A stretch of DNA of 51,112 nt, taken from a virus (Duplodnaviria; Caudoviricetes). Where the stretch lies: IMG/VR virus record IMGVR_UViG_3300049180_000045, positions 1 through 51,112 of that record. One strand, written 5' to 3'. Below the pieces are notes generated by a model. It was not told the DNA's origin, searched no databases, and saw nothing but the letters and a program-made list of their open reading frames with translations. A program made the translations under genes and the position numbers. Below are positions 1 to 9,230 of this stretch, piece after piece (within the stretch, counting starts at the first letter, position 1; each line of letters starts with the position of its first letter).

Positions 1-856
1 GGGGAGTGCCCTGGTTCTGGTTCTTCAGGTTGTTCAAGAGACCCATGTTCGACGTTTCCTCTCTTCTGAACCGCGCAGCATATTTGTTGCGCGGGCTGTT
101 CGGACACACCTTCTCGAAACTGCAACCACCGAAAGCCTTACAACTCGACTCGTTCGGTTCGACCGCGAGCGGGTTCTTCTCCCGAGCCGTCTGTCGAATC
201 GGACCGTCGATTAACTGTTCAACCTTATGCCACTGTTCCTCGACGTGTGTCAACTCCAAGACAGTCGACACGCGCTCGGCATAGAGCCTGCCCTCGGTCT
301 GGTGGTTGTGGTGGGAGAACCGAACGCGACGAGCGGTCGGGATCGAAAGCGTCGCCCACTTCGAATACACAACCGCCTGTACATCGGTCTGAAGCTCGCT
401 CGGACTCTTGCCGTAACCCACGGGCGCGAAAGCGATCTTCTTCCTAAACTTGTGATCGATGACCTCAGGAATCACCAGGTCGGGAACGATCGCGTCGGGA
501 TATCCGATGATCCTGATTCCTGCTCGTGTGATCAGGTTTGGATTTTCGAGCGAGTTCTCGATCCGGATGTCGCCCCCCCGGAAGGGTAGACGAAACACGT
601 AGGGCTCTAGCAGGTGGGCACCCGCGAGCGCGAACTTACCGCGCACGTCCTCGCCCGTCTTTGCGAAGTGCTCGATCTGGTTGTGACACTCAGAACCGAG
701 TTGCGCACCCTTACCGGGTGGCTTGCGCGGGATCTTCTGTACCTTGTCGTAATTCCAGGCACGTCGGCACAGAAGGAACGTCTCGACCTGGGAGACCGAG
801 CACCGAACGAGTTCACCGTCGACGATGCTCGGCCCTTCGTTTTTACGCTCGGTCAT
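1..856 (-). CDS. PD-(D/E)XK / Cas4-like exonuclease, 3'-truncated by window edge (not in ORF track)
   Basis: Manual translation from ATG 856: MTERKNEG...CSVSQVETFLLCRRAW...GSECH...GYPD...VIDHKF...DVQAVVY...CKAFGGCSFEKVCP. This is the RecB/Cas4-type catalytic motif plus Cys cluster. The frame stays open to base 1. Confidence 0.85.
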   Translation of the reverse strand, partial: MTERKNEGPSIVDGELVRCSVSQVETFLLCRRAWNYDKVQKIPRKPPGKGAQLGSECHNQIEHFAKTGEDVRGKFALAGAHLLEPYVFRLPFRGGDIRIENSLENPNLITRAGIRIIGYPDAIVPDLVIPEVIDHKFRKKIAFAPVGYGKSPSELQTDVQAVVYSKWATLSIPTARRVRFSHHNHQTEGRLYAERVSTVLELTHVEEQWHKVEQLIDGPIRQTAREKNPLAVEPNESSCKAFGGCSFEKVCPNSPRNKYAARFRREETSNMGLLNNLKNQNQGTP

Positions 857-865
857 TCCCAGACA

Positions 866-1273
866 CTAGCACACGGGAAGGGTTACGTCACCGAACCAGC
901 GGAGTTCAGGCCAGATCGCGCGACCGGTCGCGAGCGACTCGGCAATCGCCCCGTGTCCGATCGCGAGCAGGCTCGCGAGTTCGTTCCCGACATCGGTTCG
1001 ACGCATGACCTCGCGAACATCGAGACATTGAAGCGAGGCTTCGAGTGCTTCGAGTTCGGAACACCCGATCTCGCGCTGCGCATAGGCCGAGCACTCCTCA
1101 GTGCACCCGAGGTTATTTCCTCGCGCGTCGAACCGACATCCGGGGGCATGGACGATCGTCCCCCGGTCCGGACAGGCGTTCACGTACAGGCGCGAGATCC
1201 TCAGAGCTGAGTAAGAGAGACGCTCGTCGATACCCGCTTTCAACCAGCGAGACACGAACGAGTCGACAATCAC
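866..1273 (-). CDS. Hypothetical protein with HxxxC...CxxxC motif
   Basis: ORF tightly packed between neighbours (4-nt overlap upstream). Contains HAPGC...CTEEC. Confidence 0.65.
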   Translation of the reverse strand: MIVDSFVSRWLKAGIDERLSYSALRISRLYVNACPDRGTIVHAPGCRFDARGNNLGCTEECSAYAQREIGCSELEALEASLQCLDVREVMRRTDVGNELASLLAIGHGAIAESLATGRAIWPELRWFGDVTLPVC

Positions 1274-1446
1274 AGAATAACCTTGGCCGCGACGAGCAAC
1301 GCGGAACCGAGCGCGATCTCGATCATCATTCGAGACCAGTTATCGCGATTGTAAACCACGGGTGTACCCAGGATTCTGGCGTGATCGTACAGTGCGAGTC
1401 CAATCAGAACGACACCAACGAGAAACAGCAGAACAGACACAATCAT
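1270..1446 (-). CDS. Small two-TM membrane protein
   Basis: MIVSVLLFLVGVVLIGLALY...MIEIALGSALLVAAKVIL. ATG lies 2 nt after the upstream stop. Confidence 0.65.
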   Translation of the reverse strand: MIVSVLLFLVGVVLIGLALYDHARILGTPVVYNRDNWSRMMIEIALGSALLVAAKVIL

Positions 1447-1448
1447 GA

Positions 1449-2024
1449 TCAAACCGCCTTGAACATCGGGGGAGGCTTCGGGGCGCGCACACGCGGCTTC
1501 TTCACGGGAGTCTCGACCTTCGACTTCTCGCGAGCAGGCGCGGCAGGCTTGCTCTTGCGTCCCGTGTTCTTCTCGGCAATCGGGATTGTCTGAACGGGTT
1601 CGACCGCACGAGCAGCCGCGCGCGTGTGCTTCTGATCCAGGGCGACACGGACCGCGCCAGTAACCGCGTTGATGACCACCAGGATCAACAGGCAGTAAGC
1701 GCTGACGACCGTGATCGTCCAGTGGATTCCGTGAGGAGCGAGGGACAGAAGCTCGACGATGCCCACGAACGCGGCCCCTTCCGCCGTCGTGCCGTACGTC
1801 TTCTTCGCCCACTTGAAGACCTTGATCGAACTGAAGACCAGACAGGCGACGAGCGCGATCCAGAAATAGATCCCGGTCGGGGTCTCGAACGAGAGGGGCG
1901 CGAAGTGCGCGATCGAGAAGGAACCGATCGGGGCCGCGACCGTCAACCAGCTACCGAGGCCAGCCGCGATCCGGTTTTGCTTCTGAAGAACGGTCCTCAC
2001 CTGGTCAGTCAACGCGATTTCCAC
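1449..2024 (-). CDS. Multi-pass membrane protein with basic C-terminal tail
   Basis: About four hydrophobic segments followed by a Lys/Pro-rich tail. Own promoter at 2072-2100. Confidence 0.75.
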   Translation of the reverse strand: MEIALTDQVRTVLQKQNRIAAGLGSWLTVAAPIGSFSIAHFAPLSFETPTGIYFWIALVACLVFSSIKVFKWAKKTYGTTAEGAAFVGIVELLSLAPHGIHWTITVVSAYCLLILVVINAVTGAVRVALDQKHTRAAARAVEPVQTIPIAEKNTGRKSKPAAPAREKSKVETPVKKPRVRAPKPPPMFKAV

Positions 2025-2071
2025 ACAAATCCCCGAAGTGTTCGCGGCCGGTCATCGGCCCACGGGTTAAC

Positions 2072-2100
2072 TGTTTAGCGGAACACGGGGCGAGTGTCAA
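2072..2100 (-). promoter_or_regulatory. Sigma70-type phage promoter (TTGACA-17-TAAACA)
   Basis: TTGACActcgccccgtgttccgcTAAACA. The -35 contains the primase stop codon. Confidence 0.7.
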
Positions 2101-4769
2101 CGGGTGGACTTGAACCGGGCGATATCCGCGTTCGGTGCAGCGACGCGGGCGCGCATGTAGTCAAGATCGCCGACCTGGTGCCGCTCGGCCCACCCGAGCA
2201 ACATGGACGGCTTGATCTGGTGGAACACCCGTTGAAAATCCCCGACCTTGATCCGGAACTGCGCGGTCGACAGGTTCGATAGGGCTCGCCCGATCTTCGT
2301 GGCGCTCGGAACGTTCGCGCTAGGCACTCGCGATTTCCACTGAACCTCACCGACCATGGCCTCGGTGTTGACGAGAATTTCCCCCTCGCCCACGAGAACC
2401 AGGTTCTTCGAACTGTTCTTCGTGGTCGGGTCGACGAGATACTTCACGATCCATTCAACAACCGCGCTCGTCATCCCCGAGCCCGTCGCTAGATGCTCGT
2501 GGAACTCGCGAGCTTCACCTTCCACCAGGAAGCGCGAGGACTCGTTTACCTTGCGCGTTTCTCGAAGATAGAGCGCATGTTCGGCGATCTTGTTTTCGTT
2601 GACCCATACCGTCGTAACAGGCGGACCCCCGAGCGATTCGAGGTACTCGGCCGCGCTGTTCGGTGCGTGGATGTAGAGGAAACGCTGCGCGACCGCCGCG
2701 AGATCGTCGGCCGAGAGTTCCTCGCCCGTGTCGAAGATGCGATCATTATTCGCGGCAATGATAAGCCGAATGGCACCATCGAGATTGCAGATCGGGAGGA
2801 ACTTCCGGTTCAGGTTGCGTGAACTAGACCCGATCAGACGGCGGAGTTCAGCGGTAATGCCTCGCCTCTGAGGAAGGGACTCGTCAGCGAACAAAAGAGG
2901 GCAGTTCACTAGAACGTCATTGAACCCTTCGAGCACGCGGCCGAGTTCGCTCGGACCGCCCGGAGTCCAAAGACGCGCGAGACCGCTCGCGAGCAGACCC
3001 TTACCGACCCCCTTGATTCCCCGGATCATCAGCGCGCAAGCCTGACGATCCAAACGCATCACCGAGGCGACCCAATCAAGCAGACGCTCAGACTCCGTTC
3101 CACCGAGCAACGTTAACCAGAGATGGATCTCGGGATGGTTCCTCGGTTTGATGTTTCGGAGAGGTCGCACCGCCTCGAAGAACGTTTGCGTTCGCGCGTC
3201 ATAGTATGATCGTTGAAGCGCGAGCGAGGCTTGAACGTCGCGAGCTACCGTCGCATACCGTGAAAGAATGCCGGCCGCGCTTAGTGCGGTGTCGTTCCCT
3301 TCCTTGTCAGTGATGACGGTCGTAACGGGAGCGCGAGCGAGGTCACGCGGAAGCGAGACGGCGAGATCGTCTTTCGAGATCGGGGCCTGATATTTACCGT
3401 TGACGAAGACCCAAAACGCGCGCTTGTTCTGGATAATCCACCGACGCTCGAAGCGTTCGAGAACTTCCTCGATAGGAAGATCGATCTCTTCTTCGGTGAT
3501 GACACCCTGATCGACAGCCCAGAGGACGAGTTGAGTCTCGGAGTACCCACCCGGGAGATCGCTCGTGGTCTCTTCGTCCTCGGATGCGTCGGGGTCCGCT
3601 TCATCGGTGCCGGCCTCGACATCCGCGATCGCCTGTTCGAGACCTTCGGGCTCGGGGTCGGGTTCGTCTTCTTCGTCATCGCTCGCGAGACGAGCCTCGC
3701 GCGACAGCCGCTCGCGTACCTGACGATTCCACTCGCGACGTTGATCGTCCCGTTGCTGACGGCGATCGCGAGCGCGCTCGATCATGTCGGCCGCTTCCTC
3801 GAACCAGGTCCCCACCTCGGGAGGATCCATCTTCGAGACGCTCGGCCAGAGGATCTGAATCAGCGCGTCGATCGGAACGTCGAGCGGGAGTGAAGTAGCG
3901 AGTATCGAACAGACCTGATTCAGCGTCCCGTCACGCGCGCCGTTCGGTGCGAGAACCTCGCCCTTCAGCACGCGATCGAGTGCTTCGTGTCTCCTCTCGT
4001 CGCCTTCCTTCGAACTTCGTCCGTAAGCCAGCCGCAACGCGCGCAGCCGCTTGTACAGGGGCTCAAAGTCGACCGGACCTCCCGAGGGTGCCGGCTCGGT
4101 GCTTTCGACGGTCCTGGGGGCAACGGGGCGCGTTCCCGTGGGTGTCTTGCCGGCCTCGCCGAGTATCGCGTCGACGTTCAGACTCGCCCCGTGTGAGAAC
4201 GACGCGATCGGCTCGGGTCCCTTCTCGGGCGCGGTCGGCATGAAATACAGCCGACAGAGATCCTTGGTCTGACGATCGGCCGGAAGCTGAAGCCTCTTCT
4301 CGGCCGCTGCTCGGAACCTGTGCCATTCCGAAGCCTTGACGGGTCGCGAGACTGGAATCAGAAGTCGAAGCGCACAGTCGCTCGGGGGCTTGTGGTTGTG
4401 GGTCGAGTGGAGAATCGCCGCGAGCCCGGCTTCGTCCACGCGCGAGGCGATTCCTTCAACCTGGTCGAGCGTAACATGATCGATGTCGAACACCGCGACG
4501 TGAATCGCGGCGACGTTGTCGTTCAGTCGGTGGAACTGTCCGCCCCCACAATCATAAGCTTTCGCTCGACCGTGGTTTCGACACGTCGGGGGGCACGGGG
4601 CGAACTCGACCGGGGACCATGCCTCGCCGAACTTGTGCGAGCAATTCTTTCCCGGGCACGGGTCACAGGCGGTGCGCTTGTGCGTCGCGAGCAACTCGAT
4701 CAGGTCGGTCCACTCTGCCTGTTGGATCTCGGGCTGACCTGCTAGCGAGTTGTAGAACGCGATCAGCAT
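2097..4769 (-). CDS. Primase-polymerase / helicase (AEP-like N-terminus, SF3/NrS-1-like NTPase C-terminus)
   Basis: FDID and STHNH primase motifs, PriCT-like GARDGTL, Walker A GIKGVGKG, Walker B LFADE, motif C IIAANN. Confidence 0.85.
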   Translation of the reverse strand: MLIAFYNSLAGQPEIQQAEWTDLIELLATHKRTACDPCPGKNCSHKFGEAWSPVEFAPCPPTCRNHGRAKAYDCGGGQFHRLNDNVAAIHVAVFDIDHVTLDQVEGIASRVDEAGLAAILHSTHNHKPPSDCALRLLIPVSRPVKASEWHRFRAAAEKRLQLPADRQTKDLCRLYFMPTAPEKGPEPIASFSHGASLNVDAILGEAGKTPTGTRPVAPRTVESTEPAPSGGPVDFEPLYKRLRALRLAYGRSSKEGDERRHEALDRVLKGEVLAPNGARDGTLNQVCSILATSLPLDVPIDALIQILWPSVSKMDPPEVGTWFEEAADMIERARDRRQQRDDQRREWNRQVRERLSREARLASDDEEDEPDPEPEGLEQAIADVEAGTDEADPDASEDEETTSDLPGGYSETQLVLWAVDQGVITEEEIDLPIEEVLERFERRWIIQNKRAFWVFVNGKYQAPISKDDLAVSLPRDLARAPVTTVITDKEGNDTALSAAGILSRYATVARDVQASLALQRSYYDARTQTFFEAVRPLRNIKPRNHPEIHLWLTLLGGTESERLLDWVASVMRLDRQACALMIRGIKGVGKGLLASGLARLWTPGGPSELGRVLEGFNDVLVNCPLLFADESLPQRRGITAELRRLIGSSSRNLNRKFLPICNLDGAIRLIIAANNDRIFDTGEELSADDLAAVAQRFLYIHAPNSAAEYLESLGGPPVTTVWVNENKIAEHALYLRETRKVNESSRFLVEGEAREFHEHLATGSGMTSAVVEWIVKYLVDPTTKNSSKNLVLVGEGEILVNTEAMVGEVQWKSRVPSANVPSATKIGRALSNLSTAQFRIKVGDFQRVFHQIKPSMLLGWAERHQVGDLDYMRARVAAPNADIARFKSTR

Positions 4770-4909
4770 GGATCGCGTTCGTAACCCGGCGGGTCCGTAA
4801 CTGTCAAGCGAGCAACAGTTTTACCGGGTCGATTTGAGCGCGAGCCCTGAACGCAAACAGCCCCATCCCCTAGCACGGGAGATGGGGTCACTTCAAGGCG
4901 CGGACTTGG

Positions 4910-5344
4910 TCAGGGTGCGATTGCGCGGATCGCGGCCCAGAATGAGACGGGCTCGCCGTGGCTTCCGACAACCACCAGCTTGCCCGACTGAACGGCGAGC
5001 CAGAGATCGAGCGCTTCTCGGTAAATCTCGGCCTCGGGGACCTCGCGAGACTCAGTCCGCGTGCGCCTCGCGGCTTCGGCTTGAACGATCTCGCGCTTCG
5101 AGTTCAGGACCCGGAACGTAACATCGTCGCTTTCCCCGGGCGATGCGAGAGTCTTCACGTCGAGTGGATTCGGGCCAAGCCCCTTCTTCCACTTCGAGTA
5201 CCGTTTGTAGCACCTGACGCACAAATCGAGCGCGGCTCCCGACGTGTTCGCCTCGCGGTCACAGTCGACGATCGAGTTCGTCTCGGGGCCTCGAAGCTTT
5301 CCCTTACACCTGACGAACGGCTTCGCTTCTTGGATCATGTTCAT
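4910..5344 (-). CDS. Putative DNA-binding protein (Cys cluster + ribbon-helix-helix-like)
   Basis: C..C..CxxC followed by VTFRV...AEIYREALDLWL, an RHH-like pattern. Confidence 0.55.
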   Translation of the reverse strand: MNMIQEAKPFVRCKGKLRGPETNSIVDCDREANTSGAALDLCVRCYKRYSKWKKGLGPNPLDVKTLASPGESDDVTFRVLNSKREIVQAEAARRTRTESREVPEAEIYREALDLWLAVQSGKLVVVGSHGEPVSFWAAIRAIAP

Positions 5345-5934
5345 TGATTCCGAGCGTAGAACGAGAAAGCGAATCCGAGCGGAGTCTCGCTTCGAATGTT
5401 CGCGCGGTCGGGAGTGTTCCGTAGGGTGTGCATCTTGCTTCCCTCGGTGGGCTCAACCGGGTTGGGAGCGGGTGCGTTGAACTCACCCCAAAGACATGTA
5501 CGCTTCGTGTAAGGGTCGCCGTAATCACACGGATTGAAATACATTCTGGGGTCCCCGTACCACTTCTTCAACCGACCGATAGGATTTTCAAGAGCCCAGA
5601 ACTGAAGACAACCACGAGCATGATAGGTGAGGATTACGGACATGCACGCATCCGCGATCGACTTCGCTTCGAGAAGTTCGGTCTCGGTCATTTCTGCCCA
5701 CCAGCGGGCTCCACTCCGAGCAAACTTCGTGCAAGGTGGCGCGGCTAGAATGCCGTAGACCTCGACCGGGGGGGGCTCGAAGAGTCGCACGTCGGCGATA
5801 ACATGCTCGCGACCAGGTCGCGCTTCGGGTGGAGGTTGAAGGTCCACCGTGATAACGCGGTAACCGTTGACCCCATAGAAGAACGGCCAATTTCCGGTAC
5901 GGTCACAAAGCGAGAGGATGACCTTCTGCGACAT
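5341..5934 (-). CDS. Short C5-cytosine DNA methyltransferase
   Basis: ILSLCDRTG (motif I-like), AAPPC (catalytic motif IV), LENP (motif VI), KRTCLWG (motif VIII). Confidence 0.85.
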   Translation of the reverse strand: MSQKVILSLCDRTGNWPFFYGVNGYRVITVDLQPPPEARPGREHVIADVRLFEPPPVEVYGILAAPPCTKFARSGARWWAEMTETELLEAKSIADACMSVILTYHARGCLQFWALENPIGRLKKWYGDPRMYFNPCDYGDPYTKRTCLWGEFNAPAPNPVEPTEGSKMHTLRNTPDRANIRSETPLGFAFSFYARNQ

Positions 5935-5941
5935 GTGATGT

Positions 5942-5970
5942 CAGGTACCGGAACGCCCGTCAAGTGTCAA
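5942..5970 (-). promoter_or_regulatory. Leaderless promoter (TTGACA-17-TACCTG-7-ATG)
   Basis: Read directly. The -35 contains the stop of the upstream gene. Confidence 0.7.
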
Positions 5971-6455
5971 CCCTGATCGCCGTTCGGGAACAACTTGTTG
6001 ACCAGGGAGACCAGGGAGACATGACACGAGCGTGTCAACCCTGTCGGATGCTTCATCCCTTCCGCGAGCATCTTCACCACGGTGAACAGGGAGACGGGGA
6101 TCGCGATCTTCGCCGCGCACGGGTCCAACTTGACCGCGAGGATCGCCTTTCTGGCTTCGACCTCGTTTTCAGCCCAGACCAGTTCCACATTCAGCGCGTC
6201 GCGGTTCTCGATCGAGTTCACGACCAGGAAGAACCCGCGCGCCTCGGGCGTACGGGTTGCGTGAAGCCTCTCGATCTGGAGAGATCTCCACAACTTGTCA
6301 ACACCGACAGCGCGGCCGGAAGGGTCGCGATCAGTGTCACCGTAGAAGTCACACACGAGAGACAGGGTTTCATCCGCGATCAGATTCTTGTTCATTGGTG
6401 GCAACCTCGAAAGGCCTCGGGTAATCTTCGCCTTACGTGGGTCGGTGTCGTTCAT
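5967..6455 (-). CDS. Hypothetical protein
   Basis: ATG 6455 lies 7 nt after a -10 box. The stop lies inside the next -35 box. Confidence 0.7.
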   Translation of the reverse strand: MNDTDPRKAKITRGLSRLPPMNKNLIADETLSLVCDFYGDTDRDPSGRAVGVDKLWRSLQIERLHATRTPEARGFFLVVNSIENRDALNVELVWAENEVEARKAILAVKLDPCAAKIAIPVSLFTVVKMLAEGMKHPTGLTRSCHVSLVSLVNKLFPNGDQG

Positions 6456-6462
6456 GGTTGAG

Positions 6463-6491
6463 AACCTAGTCACTAACAGGGCGCGTGTCAA
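6463..6491 (-). promoter_or_regulatory. Leaderless promoter (TTGACA-17-TAGGTT-7-ATG)
   Basis: TTGACAcgcgccctgttagtgacTAGGTTctcaaccATG. Confidence 0.75.
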
Positions 6492-6492
6492 G

Positions 6493-6795
6493 CTACTTGA
6501 ACTGACCCCACTTCTTATCAGGCGAGCAGAACGGACAGACGCGCGCGAGGCTCCCCAGGTTCTTTATCCTGGCCTCGGTGGTAAACGGGACGTTGTTCCA
6601 CACCCTGACCAGGTAGAACGGAATTCCCGCCTTTCTGACATGGTAGAGCAGGCGGGAGCCGCGTCCTTCCTTGTGTGCGTTGACGCGGGCGATGAGGTTC
6701 TGCGTCCATCCGAGATAGTGTCTCGCCTGCTGCTTCTCGGTCCCGAACGGGCGCTCGAAATGAAACAGGTAACACGTCCCGGTCCGCGTCTTCAT
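6493..6795 (-). CDS. GIY-YIG family endonuclease
   Basis: CYLFHF...HYLGWTQNLIARVNAHKEG...E.RIK. The start is set by the promoter spacing. Confidence 0.85.
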   Translation of the reverse strand: MKTRTGTCYLFHFERPFGTEKQQARHYLGWTQNLIARVNAHKEGRGSRLLYHVRKAGIPFYLVRVWNNVPFTTEARIKNLGSLARVCPFCSPDKKWGQFK

Positions 6796-6802
6796 ACCTG
6801 GG

Positions 6803-6831
6803 AAGGTAGACGCGAACCGGGCGAGTGTCAA
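6803..6831 (-). promoter_or_regulatory. Leaderless promoter (TTGACA-17-TACCTT-7-ATG)
   Basis: TTGACActcgcccggttcgcgtcTACCTTcccaggtATG. Confidence 0.75.
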
Positions 6832-6844
6832 GGCATGCTTCGAT

Positions 6845-7378
6845 CTAGTGGGCGATCTGCGCGTCGACGTGCTCGCCCGGGAGTTTCTCCCGGACCACGA
6901 ACAGCCGAATGTGGGCCTGACCGGAAGCCGGGATCGTGATCTCCCGGTAACCCTGCCTTTGCATCAGACTTTGCAGTTCGTTGATCAACTCGACCTCGCG
7001 CTTCTCGTCATCCGTCGCGAACTCGCGAAGCTTGCGCTCGGTCTCCCTGTCGGCCTGCGGTGCGTTCGCGTTCACGGCGACGGGCTCGCCCCGGGTCGTG
7101 GTCGCCTGCGCGCCAACGCTAGCCGCGTGCGCCTCGGAACGCACGAGCACACGCGAACGTCGACCCGGTTCCTTCTCCCACACCCACCCGAGATCGTAGC
7201 GAACCGCGTCAATCGCAGACCGGGCGAGACCCGACCCGAACTTGTTCTTCACCAGGTTTTCAACGGTCCGATCGTCCAACTTCGGATCCCCGGTCAAGAG
7301 GGACTTGACGTACACCCGCTTTTGCTCCGACTCGGCCGAACGAGCCGCGCGAGCCTTTTCGAGTTCCGTATTCGCCAC
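6845..7378 (-). CDS. Hypothetical protein, possible helix-turn-helix
   Basis: GGAGG RBS upstream. LVKNKFGSGLARSAIDAVRYDLGW resembles a winged HTH. Confidence 0.65.
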   Translation of the reverse strand: MANTELEKARAARSAESEQKRVYVKSLLTGDPKLDDRTVENLVKNKFGSGLARSAIDAVRYDLGWVWEKEPGRRSRVLVRSEAHAASVGAQATTTRGEPVAVNANAPQADRETERKLREFATDDEKREVELINELQSLMQRQGYREITIPASGQAHIRLFVVREKLPGEHVDAQIAH

Positions 7379-7494
7379 GGTTGCACCCTCCTAGCGTCCC
7401 GCTGAATCGCGGGAACACGAAGAAGCTAGATCCGGCTAACTTGAACGACCATCGCCCCGAAGTATTAGACCGATGTCGAAAACTGTTCGAATCG

Positions 7495-7725
7495 TCAACT
7501 CTCGATTTTCGACACGATTTCGGATCCGAACAGCCCCACACCCCCGATCACGGTGCGTGCGAGCGCGGTCGGATTCTTGTCGAAGGTGACGTTCGACAGA
7601 GACGCGGTCGGAATATCAGCCCTGTCCAGACGAAGCGATCCGAACTTCTCGACCGTGCCTTGACCGCTCGACTCGCGAAACACGAACCGAACACGGTCGC
7701 CGATTTTGAGCGTTTCAATTTTCAT
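7495..7725 (-). CDS. Small SH3/KOW-like protein
   Basis: LKIGDRVRF...GTVEK pattern. Packed 2 nt after the upstream stop. Confidence 0.6.
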   Translation of the reverse strand: MKIETLKIGDRVRFVFRESSGQGTVEKFGSLRLDRADIPTASLSNVTFDKNPTALARTVIGGVGLFGSEIVSKIES

Positions 7726-7727
7726 GC

Positions 7728-8138
7728 CTAGTTCCAGACTTCCATTCCCTTGGATTCCATAAGTCGACGCACGCGGTCGAGAAGCTTCTCGGCGTACGCA
7801 CCCTCGATCTCTTCTTCGTCCGTGTCCCTGACCAGGTGGGTGAACTTGATCAGTGCGGCATGAACGATCCGCGCGTCTTCTTCTGTGAGAGAAAGTTTGA
7901 TTTCTTTCTTACGCGGCTTCACCTGACGCGCAGACTTGCTTCCCGCCCTAGTCATGCTCGACCCTCGCGTGTTCGCCTTGATTTCCGCTCCAAGTTCTTC
8001 GAGAACCTCGACCCCTTGTTCGAAGGTGACTCCTAGATCCTCGACATCCTCGCAGAACGGTTGCCAGAACTCCAAGAGCAGATCCGCGAACCTGTCGCGA
8101 AGTTCGGCGCGCTTCGCGGCTGTAAGTCGCCGCGACAT
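7728..8138 (-). CDS. Hypothetical protein
   Basis: 1-nt stop/start overlap with the upstream gene. Plausible composition. Confidence 0.7.
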   Translation of the reverse strand: MSRRLTAAKRAELRDRFADLLLEFWQPFCEDVEDLGVTFEQGVEVLEELGAEIKANTRGSSMTRAGSKSARQVKPRKKEIKLSLTEEDARIVHAALIKFTHLVRDTDEEEIEGAYAEKLLDRVRRLMESKGMEVWN

Positions 8139-8497
8139 CAGTTCGCGAAACCCATCCGGACCGCGCGAGCGTTCAGCCGCGAGCCCTGACGGGTGGGGAG
8201 GGGAGGCGGAACCGGGCGGTTGAAGTCCGCGACGATGTCGGCCTCGGTAATGACCAGGGTCTGCGGAAGGGGCGGGGGGACGATGACGATCGGGATCAGC
8301 ATGTCGCGGGTGACCTCGATCACGTTCTGCTCGCCGTCGACGTTCTCGTTCGCCGCGACCAGGTTCGAGGCGAGATAGGCACGAAGGGCCGCGTTCCGGC
8401 GACGAGTCTCGGCCGCCTTCTTCCCGGATGCAACGCGCTTCGGATCCTTCTGGTTCGCCCGGTTCGAGGCCTTGCGCGTCGAGTTCGTGTTCGTCAT
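8138..8497 (-). CDS. Hypothetical protein with basic helix (KRVASGKKAAETRRRN)
   Basis: ATG 8497 lies 7 nt after the -10 of a conserved promoter. Confidence 0.7.
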   Translation of the reverse strand: MTNTNSTRKASNRANQKDPKRVASGKKAAETRRRNAALRAYLASNLVAANENVDGEQNVIEVTRDMLIPIVIVPPPLPQTLVITEADIVADFNRPVPPPLPTRQGSRLNARAVRMGFAN

Positions 8498-8504
8498 GCG
8501 CAAA

Positions 8505-8533
8505 TAAGTAATCTCGAACCGGGCGAGTGTCAA
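8505..8533 (-). promoter_or_regulatory. Leaderless promoter (TTGACA-17-TACTTA-7-ATG)
   Basis: cTTGACActcgcccggttcg is identical to the 6831 copy over 20 bp. Confidence 0.75.
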
Positions 8534-8549
8534 GCGTCTAGTTCAGACG

Positions 8550-9134
8550 CTACGGCAACACGGGTACCGCTTCCTTGACGATCACGGTGACCACGATCGC
8601 GGCGATGACCGCCGTCTCGGTGGCCGTCAGGGGTTCCTTGCGTTCGAGTTTCGCCCCGAGTTCGCGGAGCTTGTCGGTCCAATCGACCTTGTTGGCCTTC
8701 CCCTTATTCACGTCAGTGGCCGCATCCATCATCATCATGAGGCCCGCGTTCATTTGACCGCCCCGAGGTTTGCACCAATCGTTGATTCCCTTCTGCGCCC
8801 ACTTCTCGGCCTTGTTGAGAGCGTTCGCGAACGCGGAATTCGCGGGAGCGTGCGCCTTGTGCTCGATGACCGCACCCATGATACCGAAGTAGATCATACA
8901 CTGGATGTCGGTGTCCTGTGCCCTGGCGCCCTGCGCGTATCCGTAACGGTCACCGTAGTTGTTCAGGGTGGTCTGCGCCAACTGGATCGCATCCTTGATC
9001 ATCTTCTCGGCCACCTCCGGCTTCATCCCCGGAATGGAATCCCCGGGTTTGACGGGAGGCGCTCCCGCGTACACGACCGTGGGAACCCACAGAACCAGAA
9101 GAAGGAGAAGACGAGCATTAGTGCCAATGCTCAT
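8550..9134 (-). CDS. Exported protein: signal peptide plus C-terminal TM anchor
   Basis: MSIGTNARLLLLLVLWVPTVVYA-G signal. C-terminal AVIAAIVVTVIV. GAGG RBS. Confidence 0.75.
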   Translation of the reverse strand: MSIGTNARLLLLLVLWVPTVVYAGAPPVKPGDSIPGMKPEVAEKMIKDAIQLAQTTLNNYGDRYGYAQGARAQDTDIQCMIYFGIMGAVIEHKAHAPANSAFANALNKAEKWAQKGINDWCKPRGGQMNAGLMMMMDAATDVNKGKANKVDWTDKLRELGAKLERKEPLTATETAVIAAIVVTVIVKEAVPVLP

Positions 9135-9181
9135 TTTGACCTCGGCTAAAGTGCGAAACACTATGCCTCGCAACACCTGAA

Positions 9182-9206
9182 GCCCGTCCCTTTGCAGGGT
9201 ACGGGC
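9182..9206. terminator. GC hairpin, putative terminator
   Basis: gcccgt-ccct-ttgc-aggg-t-acgggc between genes. Confidence 0.4.
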
Positions 9207-9230
9207 CGCGTTCGGATTCGACTACCGAGT

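Noticed and set aside
1-856. Cas4-like gene as evidence of a CRISPR-Cas locus
   Set aside because: No repeat-spacer array or other cas genes. Stand-alone Cas4-like exonucleases are common in phage replication modules.
866-868. Stop-codon readthrough or recoding joining ORF 866-1273 to the in-frame exonuclease
   Set aside because: The TAG is part of a -10 box with an ATG 6 nt later, and all three stop codons terminate genes normally elsewhere.
9180-9230. tRNA or other structured RNA in short intergenic hairpins
   Set aside because: Single stem-loops only, with no cloverleaf or T-loop/CCA arrangement. Better explained as terminators.
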